Assembly: GCF_018350175.1 (NCBI RefSeq)
Contig: NC_058368.1
Span: forward strand, 207,888,001-207,952,000
Reading direction: 5' to 3'
Source of the DNA: Felis catus
Taxonomy: Eukaryota
Length of the DNA stretch: 64,000 nucleotides
Each line of letters begins with the position of its first letter. Within the stretch, counting starts at the first letter, position 1. A program made the position numbers and the translations under genes. The notes under the pieces were generated by a model. It ran no database searches. It was given only the letters and a program-made list of their open reading frames with translations, and was not told where the DNA came from. Below are positions 49,412 to 63,119 of this stretch, in pieces.

Positions 49412-51239
49412 CTGAGTGTTGATTCTAACTTTTCTGAGGCCATAGGTGGATGAGAAGTGTGCTGTGTGTGTGTGTGTGCGCGTCTGCGTGTGTGAAAGAG
49501 AGCAATATTTTCAGTCTCCATGGAGAAAAGTTGATTGGTAATGCCTACAACAGAAATATTCAAAAATAGTAACATAATAAGCATTTTTTCCCAGAGATAT
49601 GCAAAGAGTATATCAAAGGAGTTGAAACTACTTACCTCTGGAAAACTAGAAATGAAAAGGGAGGGGGGCTGTTCCTTCTCATGATATCTATAGAGCTGTT
49701 TGACTCTTGTCCGAGGTTGGGTTCTCTGGAACGCATTTACTGGGAAGTGCTCCTGGGATCAACGCTTGTGGATGAGACCTGAGTGAAGGGCAAGGGAGCC
49801 ATTGTCATCCGTCAGCTGCCACGGGGATATGGCGAGGTGGAGGGTAGGTCTGGACACAGGAGCAGACTCAACACATATAGCGGGTTTGTGTTCGTTTTGC
49901 AGGAGTTGGAGAATAGTGTCGTCAGGTCTTTTAACTTTGCTTTTTAAAAAATGATACATTATTGTCATATATATGCTTTAATTCGGTGGTGGTTCTACAT
50001 TCAAGTAGCTGGTAGAAACCCTGCCTCTCTACCCCCCAAAAAAGTCTGTGGGTCACAAAAAGATCTGACCATTCTTGCACGGGGTGGGTATTAACTTTGT
50101 TAAATCCAGTGTTTCCCAGACTTTCTTGTCCACAACCCCTTTCTCAAGTCACATGCTAATATCCTAAGGCATACAGTTTAATAAGCTTATTTAATTGTGA
50201 TTGGGCTTTCTACAGGAATGCAACTTCCAATTATGGCATTGTTCTTAGAAGGAAATATGATTCCCTTTATGAGAAAGATTCCAAGAACCGACTGTGGCAA
50301 AAACAGGGTCTGCCTATACATGCCTGGTTGAGCACTATAAATTGGAAACAAAACAAAACAAAACACACCTCAACTAGAAAGGGGGGGGAAGGGAGGAGGT
50401 GGAGGCTGTTTTGTTTGAACCAGGTTTGAAAGATGCAGTAAGCATCATGGGAATTACAGGAACCCAAATGGGATAGAGTTTGTTTTTACATAAAAAGGCG
50501 TAGAGCAGAGGAAGGCTTTCTTTATCCCCAGGAGGCTGATTGGAGGAAAAGGAGGCACATTACAGAAGAGGTGGGGCAGATTGCAGGAGAGGCAGGCAGC
50601 TAGGCTGGGGTTCAAATGAATTGAAATATCTGGCTTCAACCTAAACCGGCTGCGCCTGGAGTAGCCTGCCAACCAGGAGCCTGGGACCCGCCAGGGACTG
50701 TGCTTAAGCAGGAGCCAGTCAGCCTGCGGGGACAGGGATGAAAACCGAAAGTATGACTTAGGTGCTGAGCTGTCACAGTCCAGTCCGATGACTCAAAGTG
50801 CATCTGTACTTTCTCCATCTGTGTCTCATTTGTTTGGTGAGCCTTCCCTCTGATGGGTTAACCTCACCCTCTGAAACGGAAACTGTCATAAGCTGCTACC
50901 CGGTTGCAGTGGCCTGAGATCAAGGGGGAGGGGCAAGTTAGGGAAGACAGGGTGGTCTTCTGATTCTGACATGACCCTCTAAAGAGAAAAAAGCGTTCTT
51001 ACCACTACCCGTGGTCTCTTGGGGGGGAGGAAGATGAGTTGTGGGGAACACGAAGTACCAGGCAATTCAGCAAACCTGGGAAAATTTCACCACGTAGGCT
51101 AATGAGGACAGATGGTGGGGAACCTCCTTTCTACCTGCTAAGCATTCCTCCCTTTGGAGGTTGAGTTTTTAAAAAGTATTAAATAGATACAAAAGAACAT
51201 TAAAAAAATAATAAATAGGGTAAGAAAATTACAGTAATA

Positions 51240-51835
51240 AAAAGAGACAAACGGTTGCTAGGGTTTAGGGTTGGGGAGAAGGTGTGACTATCAGGTTTAT
51301 TTGTGGTGATGGGAAGTTCTGTATCTTTTTTTGTTTTTAAGTTTATTTATTTTTGGGAGAGACAGAGAGAGTTCGAGCAGGGAAGGGGCAGAGAGAGGGA
51401 GAATCTCAAATAGGCCCACACGGTCAGCGCAGAGCAGAGCCCGACGTGGGGCTCGAACTCGTGAACCCTGAGATGGTGACGTGAGCTGAAACCAAGAGTC
51501 AGACACTTAACCAACTGAGCCACCCAGGCGCCCCGAGAAATTCTGTATCTTGAGAGTGGTGGTGGTTACACAAAAATATGCGTGTGATAAAACTTCATAG
51601 AGGTACACACACATGCACACTCACACTCACACTCACACTCAGGAATAGTCCATGTGAAAAACAGTGAAATCTGAATAAGATCTGCAGTTTAGTTCATAGT
51701 GTGTGGCACCAAGGTCAACTTTCTGGTTTTGATCATTGAAATATACTAATACCTGGGGTAAGCTAGATGAAGGATACATGGGAACTCACTGTGCTCCTTT
51801 TAGAAGTTCTATGTGAATATAAAACTATTTCAAAA
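51240..51835 (+). mobile_element. L1M 3' fragment containing a SINEC (51326-51534, -)
   Basis: ggttgctaggg...gtggtggttacac...agctagatgaaggatacatgggaactc; SINE TSD ttctgtatctt. Confidence 0.7.
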
Positions 51836-51837
51836 TA

Positions 51838-52036
51838 GGGACACCTGGGTGGCTCAGTCAGTTGGGTGTCCTACTCTTGATTTTACCTCAGGTCATGATC
51901 TCAGGTTTGTGGGATCGAGCCCCACATCAGGCTCTGCGCTGAGCGTGAAGCCTGCTTGAGATTCCCTCTCTCAGTCTCCCTCTGCCCCTCTCTCCAACTC
52001 ACACGTGCTTTCTCTCTCTCTAAAAAAAAAAAAAAA
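51838..52036 (+). mobile_element. SINEC
   Basis: Head, body and A tail. Confidence 0.88.
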
Positions 52037-52871
52037 TTTTTTTCAGAATAAAAATGTTACAAAAATGTGGGAAGTTTAAATAATAATAACACGACAGAAA
52101 TCTATTACCAACCACCCAGTTTAAGAAAGACCATTGCCATTATTTGGAAGCCTTCCTGACTCCCTATCAGAAATAACTGCTGCCTGCATTTTTGTATTCA
52201 TCATCCCTTTGCTTTTCTTTATAGTTTTGTCTTATATATTGACATCCCCAAAGAACGTATTGTTTAGTTTTGCATGTTCTTCGATGTTATGTAAGTGAAG
52301 TCATTTTGCATGTACAGTAAAACCTTGGTTTGCGAGAGGAATCCAAACCCCTGGCGTCTCAAAGCAACTGTCAAGCAATCAAATTAACATTTATTAGAAA
52401 TGTTTGCCCATCTTGGAGGACACTCGCAGAACAACTTACTCACACTCCAAGGTTTTACTGTATTCCACTTGCTTTTTACACTAGCGTTTTCTTCCTGAAT
52501 TCCATCTACAATGAGTGTGGCTTTTGGATTTGTTCATTGATGTATTCATTGTGAATATGCCACGATTTATTTATCCATTCTTTTGTTTATTAACATTCCA
52601 TCTGTTTTCAGGGTTCTTTCCTTAATTACAAATAGGGCTGCTATGAAACATTCTTCTACATGTCTCCCAGTATGCAGTGCATGAGTTTCTCTAGGGACTC
52701 TACCTTGGGGTGGAATATTACTGAGTCAGAGAGTTTGTCTACTTTTCTAACTTACTAGATGGTGCCAAATTATCTTCCACAGTGTAACTATTGCTGTACA
52801 TTCTCAGTAACATTGGTTATTAGTAGTATTCTTACTGCTTGTGTATATGGTAACTGATCATTATGGTTTTA

Positions 52872-53092
52872 TTTTTTTTAATTTTTTTTTCAACGTTTAT
52901 TTATTTTTGGGACAGAGAGAGACAGAGCTTGAACGGGGGAGGGGCAGAGAGAGAGGGAGACACAGAATCGGAAACAGGCTCCAGGCTCCGAGCCATCAGC
53001 CCAGAGCCTGATGCGGGGCTCGAACTCCCGGACTGCGAGATCGTGACCTGGCTGAAGTCGACGCTTAACTGACTGCGCCACCCAGGCGCCCC
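52872..53092 (-). mobile_element. Young SINEC_Fc with TSD tgatcattatggtttta
   Basis: TSD on both sides. Confidence 0.93.
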
Positions 53093-53285
53093 TGATCATT
53101 ATGGTTTTAATTTGTATTTTTTTCTAATTTCTAATAAAATTGCTCATTTTCTGTGGTTTTTGTCTATTTCTTTCTCTTCTGAGAAACACACGCTTAAGAT
53201 TTTTGCCCATGTATCAGTTGTCTTGTTCTTATTGATTTATTGATTTATGGGGAATCACTGACCCAAAATCAAGAGTCAGATGCTT

Positions 53286-53452
53286 GGGGCCCGTGGCTGG
53301 CTCAGTCAGTTAAGCACCTGACTTCGGCTCAGGTCATGATCTCACGGTTTGTGAGTTCGAGCCCCGTGTCGGGCTCTGTGCTGACAGTTCAGAGCCTGGA
53401 GCCTGCTTTGGATTCTGTGTCTCCTTCTCTCTGCCCCTCCCCAGGTTGCACA

Positions 53453-53506
<54 letters not shown>

Positions 53507-53530
53507 AAATAAATAAAACATTAAAAAATA
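53286..53530 (+). mobile_element. SINEC nested in an opposite-strand SINEC head fragment
   Basis: gtcagatgctt duplicated; the host resumes as aaccgattgagtcacccaggcgc. Confidence 0.88.
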
Positions 53531-53748
53531 AAAGGGTCAGATGCTTAACCGATTGAGTCACCCAGGCGCAATCTAGTTGATCTCATTTTAAGAATCATTT
53601 ATGATACCTATTTTTCAAAGAAATCCTTATAAACAAGAAAATCATAAAACTATACCCCTATATTCATTTTTGATAAATGTTATAATTGTACTTTTACAGA
53701 AGTTGTAGTGCGAAGGGTTCAAAAGTTTTTTTAAATACATGGGTAACA

Positions 53749-53936
53749 GGGCACCTGGGTGGTTCAGTCCGCTAAGCGTCTGCCTCTTGATTTCCGCTCA
53801 GGTCATGGTCTCACAGTCATGAGATGGGGCCCCGCGTTGGGCTCTGTGCTGGGAGCAGAGCCTGCTTAGAATTCTCTGTCTCTCCCTCTTCCCATTGCCC
53901 CTCCCCGACTTGCACTCTCAAAACAAAACAAAAAAT
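53749..53936 (+). mobile_element. SINEC
   Basis: Head and body. Confidence 0.85.
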
Positions 53937-56900
53937 ATATGGTAATTTGTTTCCCTCATACCCATATATTGAAAAAATTACTATTTTCCTCATGTATCTG
54001 CAATGTCAGCTCTAGAAAAAACCAGTCACGTGTCTATGCAAATGTAGACACGTTTCTGTGCTCTGTATTCTGCTGCACTGGTCCATCTATACTTTTGCCC
54101 CCCAAAATCATGCTATCTTGATTGTTTTAGCCCTAGAATGATTTTAATATCTGGAAGTCAAGTTCTTCCATATGGTTCTTCTTCTGGAGTGTGTTGTCTA
54201 GGTCCTTTGCTCTTGCATATTTATTTTGGAATCAGCTTGCCAAGTTTCCCCAAAGGCCCAGGGGAATTTTATTTGGAATTATATTGAATTCGTGAAGTCA
54301 TGTGTCTTCAAGGGTGTGTGCATATGTACTTGACCATAGTTTGCAGCCAAAGAGATCATTTGTACAGAACTATACTGCATTAGACCATTGTGGCATATAA
54401 GAGGCAGGGAGTTGGTTTGGTATGAAGGTACATGAAACCAGCGGGTCTTTCCTGGCTCCAGTATATCACTATATGATAATGATAAGGAAGGAGATCTTAT
54501 GCTCCAATTACTGTGAACAGAGTTTTCACTTATAAAGAGCTGTGCCCTAAGTCAGAAGATCTCAGGAATTGTAATTGCTATTATATAAGTACATCATTAT
54601 AAACAGGTGAAGAACGTACTTCCGGGCATGCCTTGCATGAACACTGCAGCTAGACTCGGAAGCGAATGCTAAATAATACAGCAGTCAAAAAAGCCTTTTA
54701 TGTCTATCCATGACTCCCCACCTATAAAGAGGTTGCAAGAATTTTTCATCAAGGACTATTGGTTCAGTTCAGATGAGAGTGTGGGATTATGCAATACAGC
54801 TGCAGGATGAGCCCCCCCAAATCACAACAGTGTAGATTATGCTACACTTAGATCATATTAATATTCATAATCTTTGTTTCGCAGCTCAATGAGAACTAAA
54901 TTAGAAAGCCACGTGAGACTTAAGATATGAGACATGTGACACTTGTCGAGTCATTTTCCCCACCACTGATGCCTGAGCACAACCTCATTTATCCCGCTCA
55001 GTGAAGCTCAAGGCAGCCCTGTGCTCCGGCTTTGGCCTTAGAAGTCCCGTATGTTCATGTGTATCCCATGACTTCTAAAGATAAAGTGCTGTTTCACTGG
55101 CATTACTCACTGTGTCAGAGTCTTTCTGGTAAATTCTTCAGAACCTCACCTTGCGGGAAAAGACATCAGTTTGCCACTTCCTAAGAAATGTGCTGTTCAT
55201 AATGTTGTGTTGTAATTTGATTCTGGTGAGGCACTGATTGAAGATGATAATGGACCAGGTTCAGTGACAATCCACAGAGGCTGACCCTTAAGAGATGCTC
55301 CAGAAGTTAAGGCTTGTTTTCATTTGGCCCTAGTTTCCATGCAGTTGACCAGTAATCCCTGACTCCAAGTCACCTCTTTTCAAGTTGTCTAGGTGTTTAA
55401 TCCAAAAGTACAAAACCGTTTTTAGTTTCTACTTGCTTGGGGGCATGGAGAGGCCAGGCGAGATCCTTGCTCTTAAGAAACTTAAAATCTAATAGATGAA
55501 ACGTGAAAGGAAGCCTGATTTCCATAGGAGTGTTCAGGAAAGTTCACTGAATCAACCAGAGATAGTGCTGGGGGTTGAAGAACAATCACAGTGAAAAGAA
55601 ACAACACTGATGGTTATTTGAGCATCCATTTGAGATGGACCAGTGATCTTCAAACTTTTTTGCATGCTTCCTCCTAAAAGAATTTTTTTAACGCTATGTA
55701 TTTCCTCCTGTTTCTATGGCCAGTGTGGGAATATCCAAAGAACTTGCCACTGAGGTTGGCTACCCAAGCACAGTTTGCAGTGCTAATTAACGAAACCTTC
55801 AGATGGGAAAGAAAACCACAATTGGCTTATGAGAGCACTAGGAAATTCAGCTTTGTTTATTTAAACTCTGAGGTAATTAAACACTAGTTAGTAGTTATGA
55901 AGTGCCCGCCATGTGGCAGGCCTCATCATAAACATTTTATATCGTTTATCTCACTTAGTCTTCACCCTATGAAACATCAGGTGGTAGAATTATCTTTTTT
56001 GTGTGTAGAGAACTGAGGTGAGGCTTACGTAGAAAGAAGCAAACATGGAACTTAGAGCAAACATTTGTTTCCAGAGTGCGTGTTCACACCCCCTCTGCTC
56101 TCCTCATACTGTCAAAGGCAAAGACTTGTCTCTTCCCAATGTGGTCATCAAGACATCTTTTGGCTGGAAGCTTAGACGCTTCCTTGAGTCTCTGTTGTCC
56201 TCAGAGCTTACATACCTCAGGTGGGCAGGCTGTCCAGCTGTCTGGGTGGGGCCATGTCCACTTGTGGTTAGGATGTACCTGGATCCCTCGATAAGCCGCG
56301 GTTATGCAAGCATGGCAGGTGTTTCCTTATGGGGCCGGGTTGGTGGGAACGGGGGAAGCCTCATCTCAGTTCCGGGAACCCCAATGGGCATAGTGATGTT
56401 GTAAAATTGTCAGAATGTCCCCTTGACTGAACTGTTCCTAAACTTGCCTGTAGAATCTGTCCTTGGTTAGCTTCCGTTCCCTTCAGGACTTCAGGCATCA
56501 TGCAGAGGTAAATCTGACCTGGAAGAGAAAAGGAAAAAAAAAAAAAAAAAAAAAGAAGGGAAAGAAAAGAAAATAGGAGAAATGGTGGCTCTGTCAGTTT
56601 TCAAAATGCATATACTGAGGCAGAATCAAATTCTTCCTGAGGCAAAATCTGCATAGTCACAGCTGTCACTGGGGGAAAAAATGCAAGTTTAGAGAACTGA
56701 ACTCTTATCCTTATGTTTTGATTACCATTGCTTTTGGCCCACATTCTCTGATGAGATGCTAATAAATGTTTTCCATCATGTGCAAGAAAGGTTTTATACA
56801 AATTCCATTTCCCAGAACTCTGAATGAAATGGAAACCCCCTTTTTCTGGTTGTGGAAAAAAACCAAACCAAAACAAACCAAAAACATCCCAGCTCAGTGT

Positions 56901-57192
56901 CGAGGACCTTCTGGTTTTGCTAGGTGGCGCCGTAGGCCCACAGATGGCCTTCCCCGGCTGGCCCGGTGACCAGCTTCGGTGGGATGATAGGAAAGAGGAG
57001 GAAGAAGCCTTCAGCTTTTGCACTTCTCGGAATTAGGCAGGATCATCAGATCAACTGTCTAGAGGTGAGATTCGTTTGCAAAGGCTCTGGCCTCTGTCAT
57101 TTTAGGAACTGTTTATTTTCCCCCTTCCCCTCCCTGGTTGGTCACAGCTGGCAGTGAGGGGGCATCTAGACCCTAGGTTTGGGCTATTTCTT

Positions 57193-57427
57193 TTTTTTTT
57201 TTTTTTTTTTTTAATTTTTTTTTTTTCAACGTTTATTTATTTTTGGGACAGAGAGAGACAGAGCATGAACGGGGGAGGGGCAGAGAGAGAGGGAGACACA
57301 GAATCGGAAACAGGCTCCAGGCTCTGAGCCATCAGCCCAGAGCCTGACGCGGGGCTCAAACTCACGGACCGCGAGATCGTGACCTGGCTGAAGTCGGACG
57401 TTTAACCGACTGCGCCACCCAGGCGCC
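57193..57427 (-). mobile_element. Young SINEC_Fc with TSD gtttgggctatttctt
   Basis: TSD at 57177-57192 and 57429-57444. Confidence 0.94.
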
Positions 57428-58606
57428 AGTTTGGGCTATTTCTTGAGGAAAATTCTGGGCCATCTTAAACTTTATCCCAAATACTGTGTTTCTCTTTGGG
57501 CCTCCCAAAAGTTGTTCTAGATCTCGGGGAAGAAGAAGCAAGCTCATGTGAGGAATGAAAAGAAGGACAGTAATTTAGAGATTGGCACCAGCTCCCTCCC
57601 TATCCTAAGCAAGGTCAGCATGTGAGGAAACCCCCACCCTTGTCCTCTGCCGAGAGCCCCAGTGTTTCCCAACTTCCATGGGACTGGCACGACCTTTCCC
57701 TCTCCTGTCCCTGCAGCTCTCAGAGCCAGGCCATTGCAGAGGATTGGAAGGTCCTGCGTTGGGCGGTGGGGGGACGTGGTGGAGCATGGGCCCGAGAAGC
57801 CTTGTATGGACTGGAGGATGGCCAGGTACCTTTTGGCTGCAAAGAGAATCCCCTCTCTCATCCTACCAGAGACCCCAAACTCCCAGCTTACTGACTCCTT
57901 TGCCTGAAGGCCTAGAGACTCTTCTTAAAACCCCAATGTGAGGGAAAGGTTTTAATTGGAAAAATTGGAGGAGGAATCTACTACAAAATGGCACGACTCA
58001 GAGAGCCCTCCAGGGAGGAGCCAGTCGTGAGTGGGGTGGGGTGGCTGGGCTGCACGTAGACAAGAGGAGAGAGCTGGAATGGAGACAAACTTGACTTTCT
58101 TGGAGTCTTGCTGGGGCCACCGCTTCCTCTCCACCTGTGCTGTCTGGAACACGGGAGTCAGATACAGATCTGTGATTGCCCAGGCTGTGTGCGCCAAGGT
58201 TTCCAGGACAACCCAGGTTTCAAATACTGTCCCAGTATCTATCATAAGCACACACATGCTGGTCTGCTCCTGTGTCCTGATTTGGGTTCAGACATTCCTG
58301 CTCCACACTCCCTGCCCTGAAATCTGCTTCATGCTCAGGGTCATCCAACAGTGGTCACAGGTCCTTTTTGGGGACACAAGGCTGAAGAGGGGCCTCAGCC
58401 AAATGAAAGATTATCTGCATGCGTTCCAGGAAAGAAGCCTCATCGACCGTCAAATGTGCACAAGGACCTGGGACGCAGTAGGGGCGCTGCTAACAGCAAA
58501 CCTCTTTCAGAAAACAGAAGGGAGAAAATACTTTATAAAAGCAATAACATACAAAGTAAAAATAGAAACAAAAATAAAGTGTGAAAAAAATTATATATCT
58601 TAAAAC

Positions 58607-58607
<1 letters not shown>

Positions 58608-58658
<51 letters not shown>
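58608..58658. repeat. (TA)n microsatellite
   Basis: Direct read. Confidence 0.95.
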
Positions 58659-58661
<3 letters not shown>

Positions 58662-58736
58662 TCACAAGAAGGTAAGGAGAACCATAAAAACCCAAAACTA
58701 GAGGAAGAGAAACTGACAATAAAAATGCACATCTAT

Positions 58737-58935
58737 GGGGCCCCCCAGGTGGCTCAGTTGGTTAAGCGACCGACTTCGGCTCAGGTTATGATCTCAGGTT
58801 CGTGAGTTCAAGCCCCCCATCTGGCTCTGCACTGACAGTACGGGGCTTGTTTGGGATTCTCTTTCCCTCTCTCTCTGCCCCTCCGCTGCTCACTTTCTCT
58901 CTCTCTCAGAATAGATAAACTTAAAAAAAAAAAAA
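58737..58935 (+). mobile_element. SINEC with TSD acatctatggg
   Basis: TSD on both sides. Confidence 0.9.
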
Positions 58936-60689
58936 GGAACATCTATGGGTTTATATGACTACAGTGTACATTTTCCTTGTTCTAAAACTGACCTGAAGAC
59001 ACTGATTCGAGCAATTATAGGAAGTCTTAGGATGCCGTGTCTGTCTTGATACCTTTCTCTATTTTGACCTTGAAGAATCTATCAGCCCTTGGACATTTCT
59101 CGGTCTGAGCAGTGACTGCTCTTTTGGCCGTACACATCGTTAGACAGGCACTCATAAGTGCCATGAGTCATATTTTCAGTTTTTAATTAAATCACGGTCT
59201 AGCTAGGGTTTGATTTATTTAGACCTGAATTAATTTATACCCTTGTCCATATAAATTTGCATAGTTTATTTAACAAGCTTATGATTGTATAGATTGTAAA
59301 ACCCTTTAGATAATAACAATAGAGGTTGTAAAAATCAGTCTCTTATCAAGCAATGAGTGGTAGAATACAGTGTCTAAGGGTGGTGTTAACTTTATTCCTG
59401 AAACTAGCATTATAAAGGAAATCTGTCGTATTGCTAAATAAAGACACTTATGAGATCATTTAAAGATATTTCATCCCATATGTTTTCACTCAGTTTTAGT
59501 GATACGGCAAAGCCTCACTAACAGCTAGTGCTGCTGATTTTTTTTCCTTTCCCAGAATGGTTACAGACGGTCGTAAATCCATACAGTAAGCATCTAGCAA
59601 AACGCTCATCTGCCTCAATCAAATATAATAAACATTTTTTTAAACTGCAGGAGTGTGAGTCATACAGATGTCACTTTCCTAGAATTCTGGGGAAAAAAAA
59701 AAAAACCACGCAACTGATTAATGTTCCCAAGAAAGGGTCACAGCTCACAGGAAATCAATGGGAAGGTGACCGGAAGAAAGGTTGGGAGGCCAGCGAGCAC
59801 GGTCTAGGGACTGTTGGTGAGATCCCCATTCCCACAGCAGCCAGAAGCTGGCAGTGGCCTTCCCAAGGAGGGGCAGTCGTGCTGGTGCAAGATGCGGGGT
59901 GGGGAGGGAGAGGGGCTGACAAGGAAGGGTCTGGGTGGGGCTCAGGGAAGGAGACTGAGGGAACCGGGGTGAGACCCTCCCCCCCCAAGGCTGATCCAGT
60001 CTGAGCCCTGCTATCAAGTTCCTTTGTGTGGGTTCAGGTTTTTGTAGAACTTCTGGGCGTTAAACATGATGGAGTGGGCACAACTGGCAATTCGGCCCTC
60101 ATGACTCAGTTGAAGATGTGGCCTGTGACAGGTCCTCATATACGTAACCCTCAGAAGGGAAAATTAGTCACATCCATCATCTACCAAAGGCAGGATGAAA
60201 TTTGCTTTGTGGGAGGAGAGCAGCGTGCTCCCAGATCGGGGCCAGGCTGGGGTGGAGCTGTGTGCCTTCCTGCGGTCAGTGACCCAGGGGCTGGGAGAGG
60301 GGTGGGAGGAACCCGAGACCACACCTGCGTGGAGGTGCGCAGGCTGCTTTCTCCTGTTCTAGTTCTTTCTTTACACAGGGTTATAGCCCCCACAAGGTCC
60401 AACACGGGGTAATTTTTCCTAATGCGTGGTTTGATGGGGGGCGGGGGTGAAGCATTTGCAAAGGTCTAAAAATCAAATTGAATTTCATTACATGCTTAAA
60501 TGAACTTATTTGTCAGAAACGAATCGGCATTCTTCCGGGAACTCTAGAAAGGGTGGGTGTCACACTTCTAGCAATTCCTGAAAATCCTCATGTATTATTA
60601 ATATTCCTGGAGGGAGGGGCTGTGAGGGCCTTTGTTTGTTTGCAACACGGGAAGCTTGCTGTGTTTGTCTCCAGGAAGTATGCTAATCA

Positions 60690-60690
<1 letters not shown>

Positions 60691-60734
<44 letters not shown>

Positions 60735-60752
60735 TCCTTCCTTCTTTCTTTC
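60691..60752. repeat. (TTTC)n microsatellite
   Basis: Direct read. Confidence 0.95.
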
Positions 60753-62187
60753 TAAGTCATTTTGATGTGCCTGATTGCACTTCTGATGGGGGTTGAGGTG
60801 GGGAGGAGATGACTGTTATATAATCCGATAAAATGCCAGCTATTGCAAATCCCTAAAGGTTGGAGAAATTTGGGCTCACCCCAAGGAATTGGGAAGCATT
60901 AGCAGAATCCTCTCCCTGCTCTGTGCCTGGCAAGGGTACGGATGACCCTGTTGCGGATGCAATGAGAAGAAAAGTCAGCTTTCAGTGAGAGTCTAAGTAC
61001 CATCTGCCAATCCATCAGCAAACACTGGAAAGTACCATTTGCATGTGATACTGTTTTTGTGAAAAGGATGGGCTTATTGAATGGAAACAGGAAGGCAAGA
61101 AACCTGAGTACCATTTACAACATATCATGGGAGTTCAGGCTTGTGCTATAAACCCAGGTCTACCACTAAGGAGCTGTTTGACTATGAACCAATCGTGTTA
61201 TTCCTCAGTCTCAGTTCCCAGGAGGGCTTTTTAATCAGCACGAGCTTCCCTGTTCTGATCTTCTGAGTCTTCTAAGTTTCTTTCATTGTATCTTGGATGT
61301 GTCCTAACAAGGAAAAGGAAGACAAGTAATTGCTTTTTTCTAAATTCCCCACTATCATTTATAAGGTATATACAAATCTTTTTGGACAGGAAAGTTATGG
61401 TAACACACCATACCCCTTCTGTTATAATCTGCATTTCTAATGATAAGAACTTGGTCTTGACTTTTTTGAGTGCACGCAAGAAATAAAACCATCCTTGGCC
61501 CTTGCAAGTGCATATTAAAGAGCTTACATCATCATTGTAGTGGGTTTCCAGTAATCTAACAGAAAAGACCAAAAAAAAAAAAAATGACTCTAATACACAC
61601 TTAACTTAGATCTAAGAGAAGCTGTAAGAGGACAAATAAGGGTAAAGATGGTAAAGCAGGGATGGAGTTAGGCAGGGAAACCTGACAGGTGCCAGGCCAG
61701 CCCTGAGCCGTGAGGGTGTGCTGGGCATCGGCTCAGACCTCTCCTGCTGAATCTCCGCTATGGCCTTTTCTGTTCTCACCTGGGTATGGAAGGCAAGAAG
61801 GAATGACCTTTCCTGGCTTGGTTATTGTTTGTGCACACATGCTCCTTGGCAGATCCAGCTGCCGGCATCTCTGCACTGGTTGGAGGGAGACACCCTCTGT
61901 TTTGTCCTTTTGGATCTCAACCTGTCTCACCTTTCCTGAAGTTACTGAGCAATACCTGGAATGATTCTTCACCCAGGGATTCTGTAAAGTCTCACAACCT
62001 TTCAGGGCATCAGAGGGCATGATAAAATCAGGAATCTTGCTCTCTTGAACCACCCTAGGTACAAATGTCCACCACCTACGCCTGTGTACATGTATGTGTG
62101 TATGTGTGCATGCCTGTGTATATTGGGAGATGAAGGGAGATCCGTGAAGGTTCCAGAAGGGAGCTTCCTGGGTCTCGAGAGGGTGTC

Positions 62188-62593
62188 TCTGAGGGTTATC
62201 TTATGCATCAGTTTGGAGGGTGTTTTTGGATGAGATTGGCATTTAAATTTGTGAACTTTGAGTAAGCAGATTGCTCTGCATAAAGTGGGTGGGCCTCGTC
62301 TAATCAGTGGAAGGCCTAAATAGAACAACAACAATGACAGCAACAACAACAAAAACAGCTTCCTGAGTGAGAGGAAATTCTCCAGCAGTCTGCCTTTGGC
62401 CTTCCCTGCATCACTGGCTGTCCTGGGTCTTGAGCCTGTTGGCCCGCACTTTAGATTTGACATTTACCAGTCTCTGAAACTGTGTGAACCCATTCCTTAT
62501 AATAAATCTCTTTATATTTATACAAGCACACACACACACACACGCACACACACACCCTGTAAGTTCTGTTTTTATGGAGAACCCTGACTAATC
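62188..62593 (+). mobile_element. MLT2-like ERVL LTR
   Basis: ttggatgagatt...ctttgagtaagcagattgc...gtgggtgggcctc...ttccttataataaatctc...(CA)n...ggagaaccctgactaat. Confidence 0.8.
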
Positions 62594-63119
62594 GTGTCCT
62601 TCGTATGTTTCCCTATTTCCTAACTCTTTCTCTTCTCTCTTTACTTCCTGTGGTCCTTTCTCTTTAAATCCTCTTCCCCCCTGTTTTTGCAGGTGGGGCT
62701 CCCTGGGAACCAGAGCCTGGGGTGAAGGATGTTTATGAAGTAGTACTTTGGTGTCAACAGCTGTGAGAAGGGGGAAACGGGAGCAGGACTGAGACGAAGG
62801 AGAGGGTAGAACCTCAAAGTCCCAAATGGCCACCTCAGCCAACCCCACAGGGGCGCTGGGGGTGAGGTGGTCTGTCAGAGGAGTCCCACGCTCGGCTGAA
62901 AGGCCGACTCCCGAGCCCCCATCTCAGCCACTGAACGTGGACAAGTCCCTGGGGGAAGCAGCTCCCTGCGGCCGGGCCAGGCTGCAGGGGCTTGAGCCGG
63001 AGGCTGTCCGCTGCTTGCAGGGGGTAGGCGGGGGGGGGGGGGGTGCGTCTTCACACACCCGGGCAACAGGATGCTTGTTGTCCACCAATTGGTATTTACC
63101 TCCTTTTAAGTGAATGATT

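Larger units (their letters stand above)
52080..54300 (-). mobile_element. Old L1ME-like fragment hosting several SINECs
   Basis: Antisense L1 3' motifs (tttatttatccattc, gctgctatgaaacattc, ggttttaatttgtattt). Confidence 0.55.

Noticed and set aside
58031..58603. 190-aa ORF, the longest in the window
   Set aside because: Non-ATG start, no recognisable domain, ends in A-rich low-complexity sequence; consistent with chance.
6490..58935. Recurrent MAQSVK.../MGQRETEHERGRG... ORFs suggesting a gene family
   Set aside because: These are translations of SINEC copies.
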